Below are positions 8,221-17,265 of a stretch of DNA of 45,595 nucleotides, piece by piece (position 1 is the stretch's first letter; each line of letters starts with the position of its first letter). Under the pieces are notes generated by a model. The model was not told where the DNA came from, searched no databases, and saw nothing but the letters and a program-made list of their open reading frames with translations. The DNA lies in assembly GCA_902774655.1 (NCBI GenBank), contig CACYJD010000001.1, positions 1-45,595 on the forward strand, given 5' to 3'. A program made the translations under genes and the position numbers. The DNA comes from an uncultured Erysipelotrichaceae bacterium. GTDB lineage: Bacteria > Bacillota_I > Bacilli_A > RFN20 > CAG-826.

Positions 8221-8609
8221 TATCCACCTCCATTAATTATCTTTCTGATATCGTCTAGCATCTTCGGTGTGAACTCATCATAAGCAGGTCTTAAAAAAGG
8301 GCGAGCAGATACGAGCTTTCCACTACGATGCTTAAAGCCAAGTTCTACTAAATGAACGATGGAACCTTTGGTTTTGGAATAAATAACAATCGTTTTGTTT
8401 ATGCCTTCACCATATGATTCCTTAATAAAAGAATCTCCTAAATGCTCGTGTGTCCACGGTGTTCTAGGTGCATGTTCTTTTATATAATCCAGGATCAAGT
8501 CCGCTGTTTCATCTAGGCGTTGTAATATCGCTACTTCAACGTCTTTAGAATAACTTTTAACGGCCTTTTCAATCTCTGGTGTGAGAGCGGTAAGTTCTAA
8601 AGATTCCAT
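8220..8609 (-). CDS. HK97 gp10-family head-tail joining protein
   Basis: 129 aa. The C-terminal motif HLVELGFKHRSGKLVSARPFLRPAYDE is typical of the gp10 family. Confidence 0.7.
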   Translation of the reverse strand: MESLELTALTPEIEKAVKSYSKDVEVAILQRLDETADLILDYIKEHAPRTPWTHEHLGDSFIKESYGEGINKTIVIYSKTKGSIVHLVELGFKHRSGKLVSARPFLRPAYDEFTPKMLDDIRKIINGGG

Positions 8610-8947
8610 CCAGCGATGTCCTCCTTTTTGATTTGAGTCTCACTAGCATAGAGTTCCATCCACATTCCGTTTTGATAAGTCCTCTCTACTTTGTAGATGG
8701 TGTCTTCATTAGGAACATAAAGGTATTTGCTACCGTCATAAAGGAACACTTGAATTGAAACCTTAAAATCAAGTAAAACTTTGCTCTCTTTTGAAGAGTA
8801 ATGTTCCTTAGAAGTGATGGAGGCTGTCATCCCCACCACCTCTTTGGAGCCGACCAAACGCAAGACCTGGTTGCCCAGATCATCAGCATCTGTTTTAACA
8901 CGTAATAGGAATAAGTTGATGTTGCCGGAATTAGGATACGCTATCAC
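8597..8947 (-). CDS. Head closure / head-tail adaptor protein
   Basis: 116 aa with a GTG start overlapping the upstream stop (GTGA). RBS GGAGG lies 9 nt upstream. Gene order supports the call. Confidence 0.5.
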   Translation of the reverse strand: MIAYPNSGNINLFLLRVKTDADDLGNQVLRLVGSKEVVGMTASITSKEHYSSKESKVLLDFKVSIQVFLYDGSKYLYVPNEDTIYKVERTYQNGMWMELYASETQIKKEDIAGWNL

Positions 8948-9255
8948 GAGGAAGAACCTCCACCAACCTCAGGATTATGCAAGCATAGTTGCCTGAGTAA
9001 GACGTCAAAGCTCTTGGGAAGCTCTTTCACTTCTCCATTGCTATTGAATCCGAAGTTTGTCTTCACAAATATGGTAATAAGAGCTGTCACTAATGGATTA
9101 TCGTCTGATTCAGCGGTTTCACGAGGAACTCCAGCTGTGACTAGCAACTGGCGGCACGAGGCAATATGAATCATAATTTCATCATCAGCGTAGTTTTCGG
9201 TTGCAGGGATAAGCAAAGCTTTCTTCATTTTTGCAAGCATGTTTTCGCACGACAT
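8944..9255 (-). CDS. gp6-like head-tail connector protein
   Basis: 103 aa from the ATG at 9255 (RBS GGAGGTGTCTAAAATG). The pattern DDEIMIHIASCRQLLVTAGV is typical of connector proteins. It is the first gene after the capsid gene. Confidence 0.6.
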   Translation of the reverse strand: MSCENMLAKMKKALLIPATENYADDEIMIHIASCRQLLVTAGVPRETAESDDNPLVTALITIFVKTNFGFNSNGEVKELPKSFDVLLRQLCLHNPEVGGGSSS

Positions 9256-9304
9256 TTTAGACACCTCCTCTACTCGTTAGAATATTCTTCCTATTACTCT
9301 TAAA

Positions 9305-9395
9305 CGGAAGGACCCGCCTTCATACGGACTTATTGATTTCTCATTTCATACGTATTGCGACTAGCGACTTATCAAGGTTAGCGGGCACTCCTCCG
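9305..9395 (-). other. Candidate structured RNA element or processing/attenuation site in the 147-bp capsid-connector spacer
   Basis: Minus-strand CGGAGGAGUGCCCGC (9381-9395) can pair with GGCGGGUCCUUCCG (9305-9318), enclosing about 60 nt. The segment is locally much more GC-rich than its surroundings. Confidence 0.3.
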
Positions 9396-9411
9396 TGTTT
9401 CGACCTAAGGT

Positions 9412-10575
9412 CTATTCGCCTTCTTCTTCGTCAGAATCTGATTCAGATTGGGCAGCAGCTTTCTTAACTCTTAAGAAGCCTTTGTAGCCGATGACGTTAC
9501 CACCAGTGAAGACAGATGCCTTATAGCAGATGATGCCATCTTTAAATTTGTAATCAGTGGATTTGGCTACTTCTACACCACTAAAGATTGGAACTTCGTA
9601 GTTGGCGAGTGGACCATAAGCGATACCATATTCACCAGCTTGAGTACTTGCAGCAGAAATTGCTTTACAGTGACTGGAGATGATGAATGGGATACCATCA
9701 ATGGTTTTTGCTTTGTAGTCAACGTTATAGACTTTTCTACCTTCAGCAGTTCTTAAACCAGCAAAGGCTCTTAAGTCGTTCTTGTTGAGAATGAGGACAC
9801 AGCCACCTTCGACTTCTTCATCACCGCCATAGGCGTAGACAATTTCATCAAGAGTATTTTCGTCGATTGCACTGAGTTCTAAATCAGTGGCATCTGCTAA
9901 AGCTTCACAGTTAGCAGAGAAGATACCTTTGAAAGTGTTTGTGGTTCCTGCACCACGAAGGATTTGTTCGGAGATTTTCTTTCTTAAAGCGATATTAACA
10001 CCCTTTAAAACTTCTCCTTGGTAATCGGCCGCTGGGAGTTTCTCTAACTCTTCGGTGATTTCTGCATATGCAGTAACTTTGACTTTGGAGATTGTTAAAT
10101 AGCCAAATTCTGGTTCTGCTGTGGTATAAGGATCACCTTCAGCGGTAAGACCACCAGTGCCATGAGATTTCACGAATGATTTCTTATAGGTTTCGCCACC
10201 TTTAAGATTTACAGTGTGAACTTGTTCAACTAACGTAGAAACTTCTCTAAATGGATATGGTGAGATTTTGTCATCAACATGTTCTGGTAAAAGGACACCA
10301 TCAGCGGTAACGGTGACAGTACGACCTTCTTTTAAGGCTTGGCCTCTTGCTTCCATTTCAGCAGTTTCTTCTGTTGATTTGGTTTCAATGACGTCTTTGA
10401 CTTCGAATTTACCTCTCATAGCGAGTTTCTTTTCGATGGCTTTGCGTTCATTGGTGAGTTCGTCTACTTCCTTATCATAAGCGGATAATTTTTCGACATC
10501 GGTTTCGGAATCAACTAAGCCACGGATTTCCTCAATACGTGCTTTGATTTCCTTTAAACGTAATTCAAGATTCAT
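9412..10575 (-). CDS. Major capsid protein, HK97 family (with an N-terminal coiled-coil delta/scaffold region)
   Basis: 387 aa, downstream of the prohead protease, with an N-terminal coiled coil (LKEIKARIEEIRG...). RBS is AGGAGGAATTCATTTTATG. Confidence 0.85.
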   Translation of the reverse strand: MNLELRLKEIKARIEEIRGLVDSETDVEKLSAYDKEVDELTNERKAIEKKLAMRGKFEVKDVIETKSTEETAEMEARGQALKEGRTVTVTADGVLLPEHVDDKISPYPFREVSTLVEQVHTVNLKGGETYKKSFVKSHGTGGLTAEGDPYTTAEPEFGYLTISKVKVTAYAEITEELEKLPAADYQGEVLKGVNIALRKKISEQILRGAGTTNTFKGIFSANCEALADATDLELSAIDENTLDEIVYAYGGDEEVEGGCVLILNKNDLRAFAGLRTAEGRKVYNVDYKAKTIDGIPFIISSHCKAISAASTQAGEYGIAYGPLANYEVPIFSGVEVAKSTDYKFKDGIICYKASVFTGGNVIGYKGFLRVKKAAAQSESDSDEEEGE

Positions 10576-10589
10576 AAAATGAATTCCTC

Positions 10590-11192
10590 CTAGATTTTTG
10601 TTTTGATTTTTAGTCTCTTTACTAAGACTGTTCTGCGTTCTAAGTTCTCTGCATCATCCAATGCCTTTAGTTCAGCATCCGCCAACTCTAAAGAGCGAGC
10701 ACTTGCTTGGATAGAAGTTTGGTCGTAGGCAGGCAAGTCCACAACACTTACATCAAAGAGCCTATCAATGCCTGTAATAGTTCTTTTTGGAAGCTTACCG
10801 CTTTTATCCCAGCTTTGACTTTTAACAGTGAAAGCAAATGACATCTTGTCTAATAGTCCAGCTTCGATACATTTGAAGATGTCTCTATTGCTGGTTGTGT
10901 CGATGAGTTCGGCACGGATCTTCAAGCCTTTTTCATCAACTTCTAAAGAAAGAGAACCATTTCTGGTCCTCGCAATAATGAGTGTGCTGTCGTTATGGTT
11001 GTATTTAAACGGCACATCCTTCATATTTGTTTCTTTTAATGCTTGAGCATCGATGACTTCGGTGAATCCATGTTCCTCTGTGCCAATGAGTGTTTCCTCA
11101 TTAAACACGATTGCATAGCCTTCCACTATCATCTTTTTGTTTTCTTCATCTGCTCTACTCTCGAGAGATGAGAATCTAACTTCTTTATTCAT
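10590..11192 (-). CDS. HK97-family prohead protease
   Basis: 200 aa from the ATG at 11192 (RBS AAGGAGGAAATCGACAAAGATG). Motifs: VEGYAIVFNE, KYNHN and KMSFAF. Confidence 0.8.
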   Translation of the reverse strand: MNKEVRFSSLESRADEENKKMIVEGYAIVFNEETLIGTEEHGFTEVIDAQALKETNMKDVPFKYNHNDSTLIIARTRNGSLSLEVDEKGLKIRAELIDTTSNRDIFKCIEAGLLDKMSFAFTVKSQSWDKSGKLPKRTITGIDRLFDVSVVDLPAYDQTSIQASARSLELADAELKALDDAENLERRTVLVKRLKIKTKI

Positions 11193-12435
11193 CTTTGTCG
11201 ATTTCCTCCTTGGATTTAGGTTTCTTAATGAATTTATCAAGTTGATAATCGTTAGCTTTATCCGCATCAACATAGTTGAGTGATTGCAAACGTCTACTAC
11301 CACCCTCAATAGGTTCAAAGCCAAGCAAGGCTCTTGATTCATTGAGAGAAAGTATGCCAAGACCCATCAATTTCTCAATGGCCTGGACTTTAGTATTCCA
11401 ACTAGCATATTGAAGTCTTTCGGAATAAAAGATGATTTGCTCACCCTTCTCCAACTGGCCTCTAGTTAATAATGCTTTTGAGAATGTCTCTGATAAGGCA
11501 ATCGCTATACCCTCGATAACCGATTCGTAGAAAGCGTTATATTCGTTTTCGTTGTACTTGTTATCAAAAATAGAGTCGCTAACACCAAAGTAAGAGATGA
11601 TCTTCTTTTGTAGGAAAGTGAGTGTCGTACTGTCCACTAACTTTGGGTCAGTGTTTAGCGGCACATAATCGCTCTTTAAATCAACAGGGACAATGGAACT
11701 ACCACCATCACTAGTTGCCTCTTTTAAGGCATCATCAAACTCTTTCTTTTGAGTAGCTTTGTCTTTTTCAGATAAGATTCCATTTATTTTTAATAAACCT
11801 TTGATTTGGAAACTTGTTTTAATTGCGTTATCCAAACCCTGAAGAACGGAATCATTTATTTTGATAGTCTTTAGCAATGCAGCATGATCGCTTATCGCAC
11901 CATTACCACCGAAGACATCATTTATTCCATAGAATCTGCGAAGATGAATAACGGACTCGTATGGAAGCGTGAAACCTTTTTTATCAGAAAAATAAAAGCG
12001 GAGATACATTGCTCCACTCTCATCTTTAAGGACCTCAACCGATGTTGGCTTTAATGGCCATAGCTCTCTGAGCTCATAGGTTTCATAATCATAAACTGGA
12101 TAAATAAACGCATTGTTATTTAAGTAAAGAAGAGTCACCACTCGATAAATGAAATCGTAAGGTGTCATTAAAGGGTTAGGTTGAAACTTGAGTAAATAAC
12201 TTAAGTTACCATTCTTCTCTAACACCGTTTTATCATCTTGAGTTTTGACATATCTTGGCTTTAACTTTGCTGCATGAGTAGCAATTCGATCAATGCAGAT
12301 CTTTACCACATCTGACATGTTGATATTGTTTCCAAAGTCTTGAAAGATATCTAATGTCGATTTAAAGACTCGAGCATCATAGTTAACAGGAGCCACTACT
12401 TTTTTCTTGCGTTTAAAAATGTCAAAGAATGCCAT
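11185..12435 (-). CDS. Portal protein (HK97-type)
   Basis: 416 aa, between the terminase and the protease. RBS is TTAGGAGGTAGCTATG. Confidence 0.85.
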   Translation of the reverse strand: MAFFDIFKRKKKVVAPVNYDARVFKSTLDIFQDFGNNINMSDVVKICIDRIATHAAKLKPRYVKTQDDKTVLEKNGNLSYLLKFQPNPLMTPYDFIYRVVTLLYLNNNAFIYPVYDYETYELRELWPLKPTSVEVLKDESGAMYLRFYFSDKKGFTLPYESVIHLRRFYGINDVFGGNGAISDHAALLKTIKINDSVLQGLDNAIKTSFQIKGLLKINGILSEKDKATQKKEFDDALKEATSDGGSSIVPVDLKSDYVPLNTDPKLVDSTTLTFLQKKIISYFGVSDSIFDNKYNENEYNAFYESVIEGIAIALSETFSKALLTRGQLEKGEQIIFYSERLQYASWNTKVQAIEKLMGLGILSLNESRALLGFEPIEGGSRRLQSLNYVDADKANDYQLDKFIKKPKSKEEIDKDE

Positions 12436-12444
12436 AGCTACCTC

Positions 12445-14050
12445 CTAACTAATTAAATTCTCGTAGTCTGTCTTGTATCGAGTAAGGACGGTATAGGCGA
12501 TAATCAACGCCACGCATCCATCGATTCTTTTTAATTTGCTGTTTAGCTTACTAGGTTGAATGTTTCCATTAAGGTCCACTTTCGCCTGAGTATTTGCCAA
12601 ATTCCACTTTAATATCGGGTTATTATCATAGATAACTAGTTTATTTTTAAGGTCACCTTCTAGCTGTTTCATTGGTTCAGATAAGGTGTATATGCCTTGT
12701 CTAATCTTTTCCATTGTGAATCCAGCATCTTCCATTTCCTTAACCCAGTACTGAGAATTCCATGGATCGTAACCTATGAAAACCGGGCGAATGCCATACT
12801 CTCTCACCATTTGAATGAACCATTCAGTGACATGATGGAAGTCGTTTTGATTTCCGTTAGTTAAAGTGATTAATCCTTTTTTAACCCAGATGTCGTATGG
12901 AATCTTGTCCTCCTCCACTCTCTTTTTAACTAGTTCACTAGGCATAAAGAAATGTGGGAGAACGTACTTCTTGCCGTTTTTTATAATTAGCAAGACTGCA
13001 GCAGTTAGGTCTGTTGTAGAAGATAAGTCAACTCCACCAATAGCATAGCTGTCTCTAATGTCGGACATTTTATACATGGTTTCATTATTTAACTCTGCAT
13101 ACGTTAACCATGAACCGCTTTCGATTTGTTTGATATTGAAGTCCTTACAAAGCATCGTTACTTTAGTGGCTAAATCGTTTCTTGCTTTATTCATGACATC
13201 ATCGAAATAAGACTTTGTCTTGATGGTGCCTAAGCTAGGATTTGACTTTTGCCAGCTCGACGGATCGTTAAAGACTTCATCAATCGAATCTTGTGTGTAA
13301 AGCCACGGAAGGATTCTTTCGTCTTCAATCTCGCCTTTTATCATCTTTCTGACATAGGCAAGTTTGTTATCTAGAAAGCCATCAACTGTGGTTCCTTCTG
13401 TGGTAATGATGAAGATTAAAGGTTTAGACTTTTGAGTCAGTCATTTCGTGGACCTCGTCAATACATCCAACCTCGATGTTATAGCCATCTTTGTTTCTGC
13501 TTTGAGCGGAGAGCTTTTTAATCTTGTTTTTGTTCTTAGGAGAATAGATGTAGAAAATATTCTTTTTCGAACGTTTTTCGTTTCGTAGAGCTTTGCTCTG
13601 TTCACGCATGTTGTTTATTTCTTCAAAGAGGATGCTTGCCTGATCGTTCGTGTTAGATGCACAAACAATGTCGGTGCCACCACTACTTAAAAAGAATTCA
13701 GCGAGGTCAATGCCAGCAATAAATGTTGTCTTACCGTTCTTACGAGCAATGAGAAGTAAGGCTTCATTAAATCTTCTTAGACCAGTCTCTTTCATTTTGA
13801 AACCGTATGCACACTCTAAGAATGCCTTTTCCCAAAGCTCTAGGATAAATGGCTGGCCATTAAACGGTGACTTAGTGTGTTTACAAAATCTTTCAATAAA
13901 CTCAATTCTTATTTGTCCTGGTCTTTCATCATAGATGTAACGAGGATTATTCAAATCGTTTTTTAAGCGTTTTAAGACACTTTTTAGTTCTTGACCAGCA
14001 ATTACTCGCCCCGACTCTATTTCGTCGATATAGGATAGTAAAAAACTCAT
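12445..14050 (-). pseudogene. Terminase large subunit, reading frame interrupted between the ATPase and nuclease halves
   Basis: The N-terminal ORF (13424-14050) has Walker A ARKNGKTT and Walker B GCIDEVHE and then stops (TDSKV*). The +1 frame is open from 13440 down to 12445 and continues KSKPLIFIITTEG... The two frames overlap by only 17 nt, which contain an AAAA run at 13430-13433. Confidence 0.85.
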
Positions 14051-14226
14051 TCTTCGGTATCTTCTTCCGTTTTGATAGGCACTGGAATCTCGTGATAATG
14101 AATCTCGGAGTCCTTTTTACCTAGAATGAGCTTCTTGCCTAATATAGAGCCGTCAGTAACACTTTGGATAACACAGCCATTTTTAGCGACTAAGACTTTT
14201 CTACCTTTTTCGATAATTGTTTCCAT
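14047..14226 (-). CDS. Small hypothetical protein (59 aa)
   Basis: ATG at 14226, 9 nt after GGAGG. It overlaps the terminase start by 4 nt. No motif was recognised. Confidence 0.5.
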   Translation of the reverse strand: METIIEKGRKVLVAKNGCVIQSVTDGSILGKKLILGKKDSEIHYHEIPVPIKTEEDTEE

Positions 14227-14227
14227 G

Positions 14228-15703
14228 TTAATCATCCTCCCTCACAATGCTGAATGTTCTATTTGTTCCAACATTATTTGTGGAATATGTTTTGAGCTTA
14301 ACGGTTGATACTTCACCACTACTGAATGAAATAACACCTGTATCATTAATGACTTGGCCAACTGGTACAGGCATGAAGTTACCCCAAGCACTTGGAATGT
14401 AATCACCACCAGAGATATCAATCTTGAAGGTTGTATCTGAGAGGTATTCATAGGTAAAGTTAACCGCATTGGCATCAATCATAATGCAACCAAATCCAAC
14501 GCTGAATTCGAGGTCGATAGAAATTGAACTATTCTCGTAATGGAAGAACTTTCCTGCTAATGGATCGTTTGCTCCAACGATACCGATAGTCCAATTTTTA
14601 TTTGTTGCGATATCTAAGTCCTCTTCCTCTAATCTGTCATAGACAACTTGATGGATAGAGATAACTTTTGATGCCTGACCTGATAAATCCTTCAGGTTTC
14701 TAAACATTTGGATGACTGACTCTCTGGTCAACGAGGTGCAGTTACCAAAGTTAGCGTTCACGTTGAAATTACTTTGTAAAGAGATCTTAGTTAGCAACGG
14801 ACAATCCTGAATCGCTTCCATAGGGATAGCAACATTGATTGTGTTAGGGAACCAGATTTCATTTAACTGAGGACATCCCTTAACAACCGCTGTACCACCA
14901 CTAAAACTTTGGAGTCTATCAGGTAAATAGAGCTTCTTAAGTTTTGGAATGTTCCAGAATGCATAGGATGTGAGAGATCTTAAATTTGATTCAGCACCAA
15001 AGGTGACATACTCGCATCCACATCCACTTAAGTTATATTGGCCCCAAGTTGATAACGAAGATGGGAAGTTAATATCATCTAAGTTTTCAATACGATAAAG
15101 AGCATAGTTTTCCAAAGTCGCTAACTGACTACCAGGTTCGAATTCGATATGTGTGCAACCACTTAAGTAAAAAGTGTGTTGCTTAATCGTAGTCACTGTG
15201 CAAGGAACACTAACCGTGAATTCGTTTGTAGCTTCTGCTAAAAAGTTAGTGGTAATAAAACCAACACCCTCTGGTATTTCAAAGTGATCAAATGATCCTT
15301 CGACTAATTGTGAGAGCATCTTAAACTCTTCAGAAGTATGAATAATTCCTAAGTTTCCTTTAAGGACCGTGGCCACGATAGGCTCAGACGCATAGATGTA
15401 GTTAGCTGTAATCGTACTATCACTATTAGCGACTTCATCACATGCGACAAAGCTCATCTCCCATGCACCTTCATAAGCTGTGATGGCTTTAGGGATTTCA
15501 AACACATTATCGTGGACCCTATAGAGGTAAGTTGCTCTTGCATGGGTGAATTTTAAGTAATGATATGTACTATCAATTTCTGCATCCACTTCAAATAAGA
15601 GTTTCACTCTTTTAGATTCACGATAGACGGATATTTCAAATGGTTCTACATCTGATGTAAGCTTACCGTCTTTACCAACGTGGATATTAATTTCATATGC
15701 CAT
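14228..15703 (-). CDS. BspA-type leucine-rich-repeat protein
   Basis: 491 aa. The central part shows irregular ~22-25-aa repeats of the LRR_5/BspA style (HTFYLSGCTHIEFEP, LENYALYRIENLDDINFP, LTSYAFWNIPKLKKLYLP, AIQDCPLLTKISL). RBS is TTAGGAGGATAATTCAAATG. Confidence 0.7.
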   Translation of the reverse strand: MAYEINIHVGKDGKLTSDVEPFEISVYRESKRVKLLFEVDAEIDSTYHYLKFTHARATYLYRVHDNVFEIPKAITAYEGAWEMSFVACDEVANSDSTITANYIYASEPIVATVLKGNLGIIHTSEEFKMLSQLVEGSFDHFEIPEGVGFITTNFLAEATNEFTVSVPCTVTTIKQHTFYLSGCTHIEFEPGSQLATLENYALYRIENLDDINFPSSLSTWGQYNLSGCGCEYVTFGAESNLRSLTSYAFWNIPKLKKLYLPDRLQSFSGGTAVVKGCPQLNEIWFPNTINVAIPMEAIQDCPLLTKISLQSNFNVNANFGNCTSLTRESVIQMFRNLKDLSGQASKVISIHQVVYDRLEEEDLDIATNKNWTIGIVGANDPLAGKFFHYENSSISIDLEFSVGFGCIMIDANAVNFTYEYLSDTTFKIDISGGDYIPSAWGNFMPVPVGQVINDTGVISFSSGEVSTVKLKTYSTNNVGTNRTFSIVREDD

Positions 15704-15708
15704 TTGAA

Positions 15709-16038
15709 TTATCCTCCTAAAGATTTCATAAAATTATCAAACTCATCATCTTCATCTACAGCATTTCTACCAAGGATGGAGTTGAGTGTTTTAATTACGG
15801 TTTGGTACACCGCTAAAGAAGTGAGGAAAGTTTTATAAGAAACGGTTTCTCTAAACTCACCATTTTTAACTTGGACCGCACCATAGGTTGCTACTTGTTT
15901 TTGTAGTTCATCTAACTGAACCTTTAAAAAAGCCGCTTTGTGTAGCAGCTCATCAACTAGTTTTGTTTTTGTTTCATCAACATCTTTGAATAGAGCAAGT
16001 AGTCGCTCGTATTCTTTTCGTACAGCAGTTACGTCCAC
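15709..16038 (-). CDS. Putative terminase small subunit
   Basis: 109 aa from the GTG at 16038 (RBS GGAGGAAAACTCGTG). It is helical/coiled-coil and lies between the HNH gene and the large terminase. The call rests on position and size. Confidence 0.45.
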   Translation of the reverse strand: MDVTAVRKEYERLLALFKDVDETKTKLVDELLHKAAFLKVQLDELQKQVATYGAVQVKNGEFRETVSYKTFLTSLAVYQTVIKTLNSILGRNAVDEDDEFDNFMKSLGG

Positions 16039-16163
16039 GAGTTTTCCTCCTCTAAAAATTAGTGATTTTTGAAAATTTCGGCCTCGCACATTTCTGAGGT
16101 GGGGCGCATCGGTACTTTAAAAAAGTAAAAGCACTCGACCCGGGCGGGGGTAAATTTATTTTT
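16039..16163. other. Candidate cos / packaging-recognition region
   Basis: A 125-bp spacer between HNH and terS holds two unusually GC-rich blocks, gaggtggggcgcatcgg (16097-16113) and gcactcgacccgggcggggg (16131-16150), in AT-rich DNA. Confidence 0.35.
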
Positions 16164-16454
16164 TCAGAATGGTTTTAAGTTTCCTTTGCTGTCAAACTGA
16201 CTAGCCTTCTTCTTAAAACGATCATGCTCTTTGTTGTGGCACTCTTTGCAGAGGTAGATAAGGTTGTCAGGATTAAGTGTGATGTTAGTGTCCGTGATGT
16301 TACTAGGTGTTAAGGCTATCTTATGATGGACCTCTTCCCCTATCGCACCGCAGAGTTCACACCTACCGTTGCACGCTGCTATCTTTTGCTGCCTAGCCAA
16401 GAGCCAAGCACTACTCCTATAGAAGCGGTTAATGGCAGCACACTTATTTAACAC
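16164..16454 (-). CDS. HNH endonuclease (packaging-associated)
   Basis: 96 aa. Motifs: CELCG...EVHHK...NLIYLCKECHNKEH. The GTG start overlaps the stop of the upstream gene. Confidence 0.85.
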   Translation of the reverse strand: MLNKCAAINRFYRSSAWLLARQQKIAACNGRCELCGAIGEEVHHKIALTPSNITDTNITLNPDNLIYLCKECHNKEHDRFKKKASQFDSKGNLKPF

Positions 16455-17238
16455 GAACTAAACCCCACTCACCGAACTTGCGGAAGCCACCGATGGATTT
16501 AATGTAGTTTCTAGCAATCTCAACGATTTCACTATATGGTCTACCATCAACAAATTCGTCACCAATGGCACAGCTTAGCTCAACGACCTTATTTGTCTTT
16601 TGGGCTTTTAAGAAAGCATAGATGTTTACTGATACATCAGCTTTGCTGAGGTCTTTACCATGTAAGCCACCGCCAGTGACTGAATCAGCCATATCGCTGC
16701 CCAATTTTCTATTAGTCGCTCCCGTATCCACTGCTTCGGTTCCTTGCCAATTGCCTAGTGGATTAACAACAGCCTTTTTGAAAATCTCTTTTAAATCATC
16801 CGTGTCAGCATTGCTTTGACAGATAATAAGGCGATTTTTATCTAGGACATATTTGCCATCATAAGGATAGCCGTCAAAGATGTCCTTTGCGATTTGAGTT
16901 AATTTCTTTTGCTCTTCAGTTAAAGGCACTCCACGGAATATGCCGTTATCACCGCATCTAATCTTGCCATGCTGATTTGCACTTAAGAGTGGATCTTGTG
17001 GAACTTCCCTATAATCGACTTTTACCTTATGTCCAACAATCTCGAATACGGCCTTTTTAACTTCTTTCTTATTTAATTTCACGCTTGTTTCCGCGATGAT
17101 ATGACATCTACCATGCCCAAGAAGTACTTCCACTGCTATTCGTGGATTCTTTTCTTTGCTATATGCCATATCTACCAAAGCACCTGCAATTGTGTCGCAA
17201 AGCTTATCTGGATGCTTGGGATTTACTTTTTCAAACAT
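16444..17238 (-). CDS. metK: Compact S-adenosylmethionine synthetase homologue (MetK-like, 264 aa)
   Basis: Motifs line up with E. coli MetK as I remember its sequence: KHPDKLCDTIAGALVD (GHPDKIADQISDAVLD), RCGDNGIF (GAGDQGLMF) and GGGLHGKDLSKADVS (GGGAFSGKDPSKVDRS). It is about 120 aa shorter than the 384-aa enzyme. RBS is AAAAGGAGGCAAACAATG. Confidence 0.75.
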   Translation of the reverse strand: MFEKVNPKHPDKLCDTIAGALVDMAYSKEKNPRIAVEVLLGHGRCHIIAETSVKLNKKEVKKAVFEIVGHKVKVDYREVPQDPLLSANQHGKIRCGDNGIFRGVPLTEEQKKLTQIAKDIFDGYPYDGKYVLDKNRLIICQSNADTDDLKEIFKKAVVNPLGNWQGTEAVDTGATNRKLGSDMADSVTGGGLHGKDLSKADVSVNIYAFLKAQKTNKVVELSCAIGDEFVDGRPYSEIVEIARNYIKSIGGFRKFGEWGLVRVK

Positions 17239-17265
17239 TGTTTGCCTCCTTTTTGTTAATTTTGC

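Noticed and set aside
10590-11360. Long N-terminal extensions in the track for the protease (to 11360), major tail (to 7934), HTH gene (to 21799), primase (to 26388), metI (to 18834), metQ (to 18142) and terS (to 16089)
   Set aside because: The extensions overlap the upstream gene and lack an RBS. Internal ATG or GTG codons with well-spaced GGAGG-type sites give starts that fit operon packing, and I used those.
13344-13440. Intein, intron or homing-endonuclease insertion as the cause of the split terminase
   Set aside because: There is no extra sequence between the halves. The two frames overlap by 17 nt, and a single-base change restores a continuous, normally sized protein.
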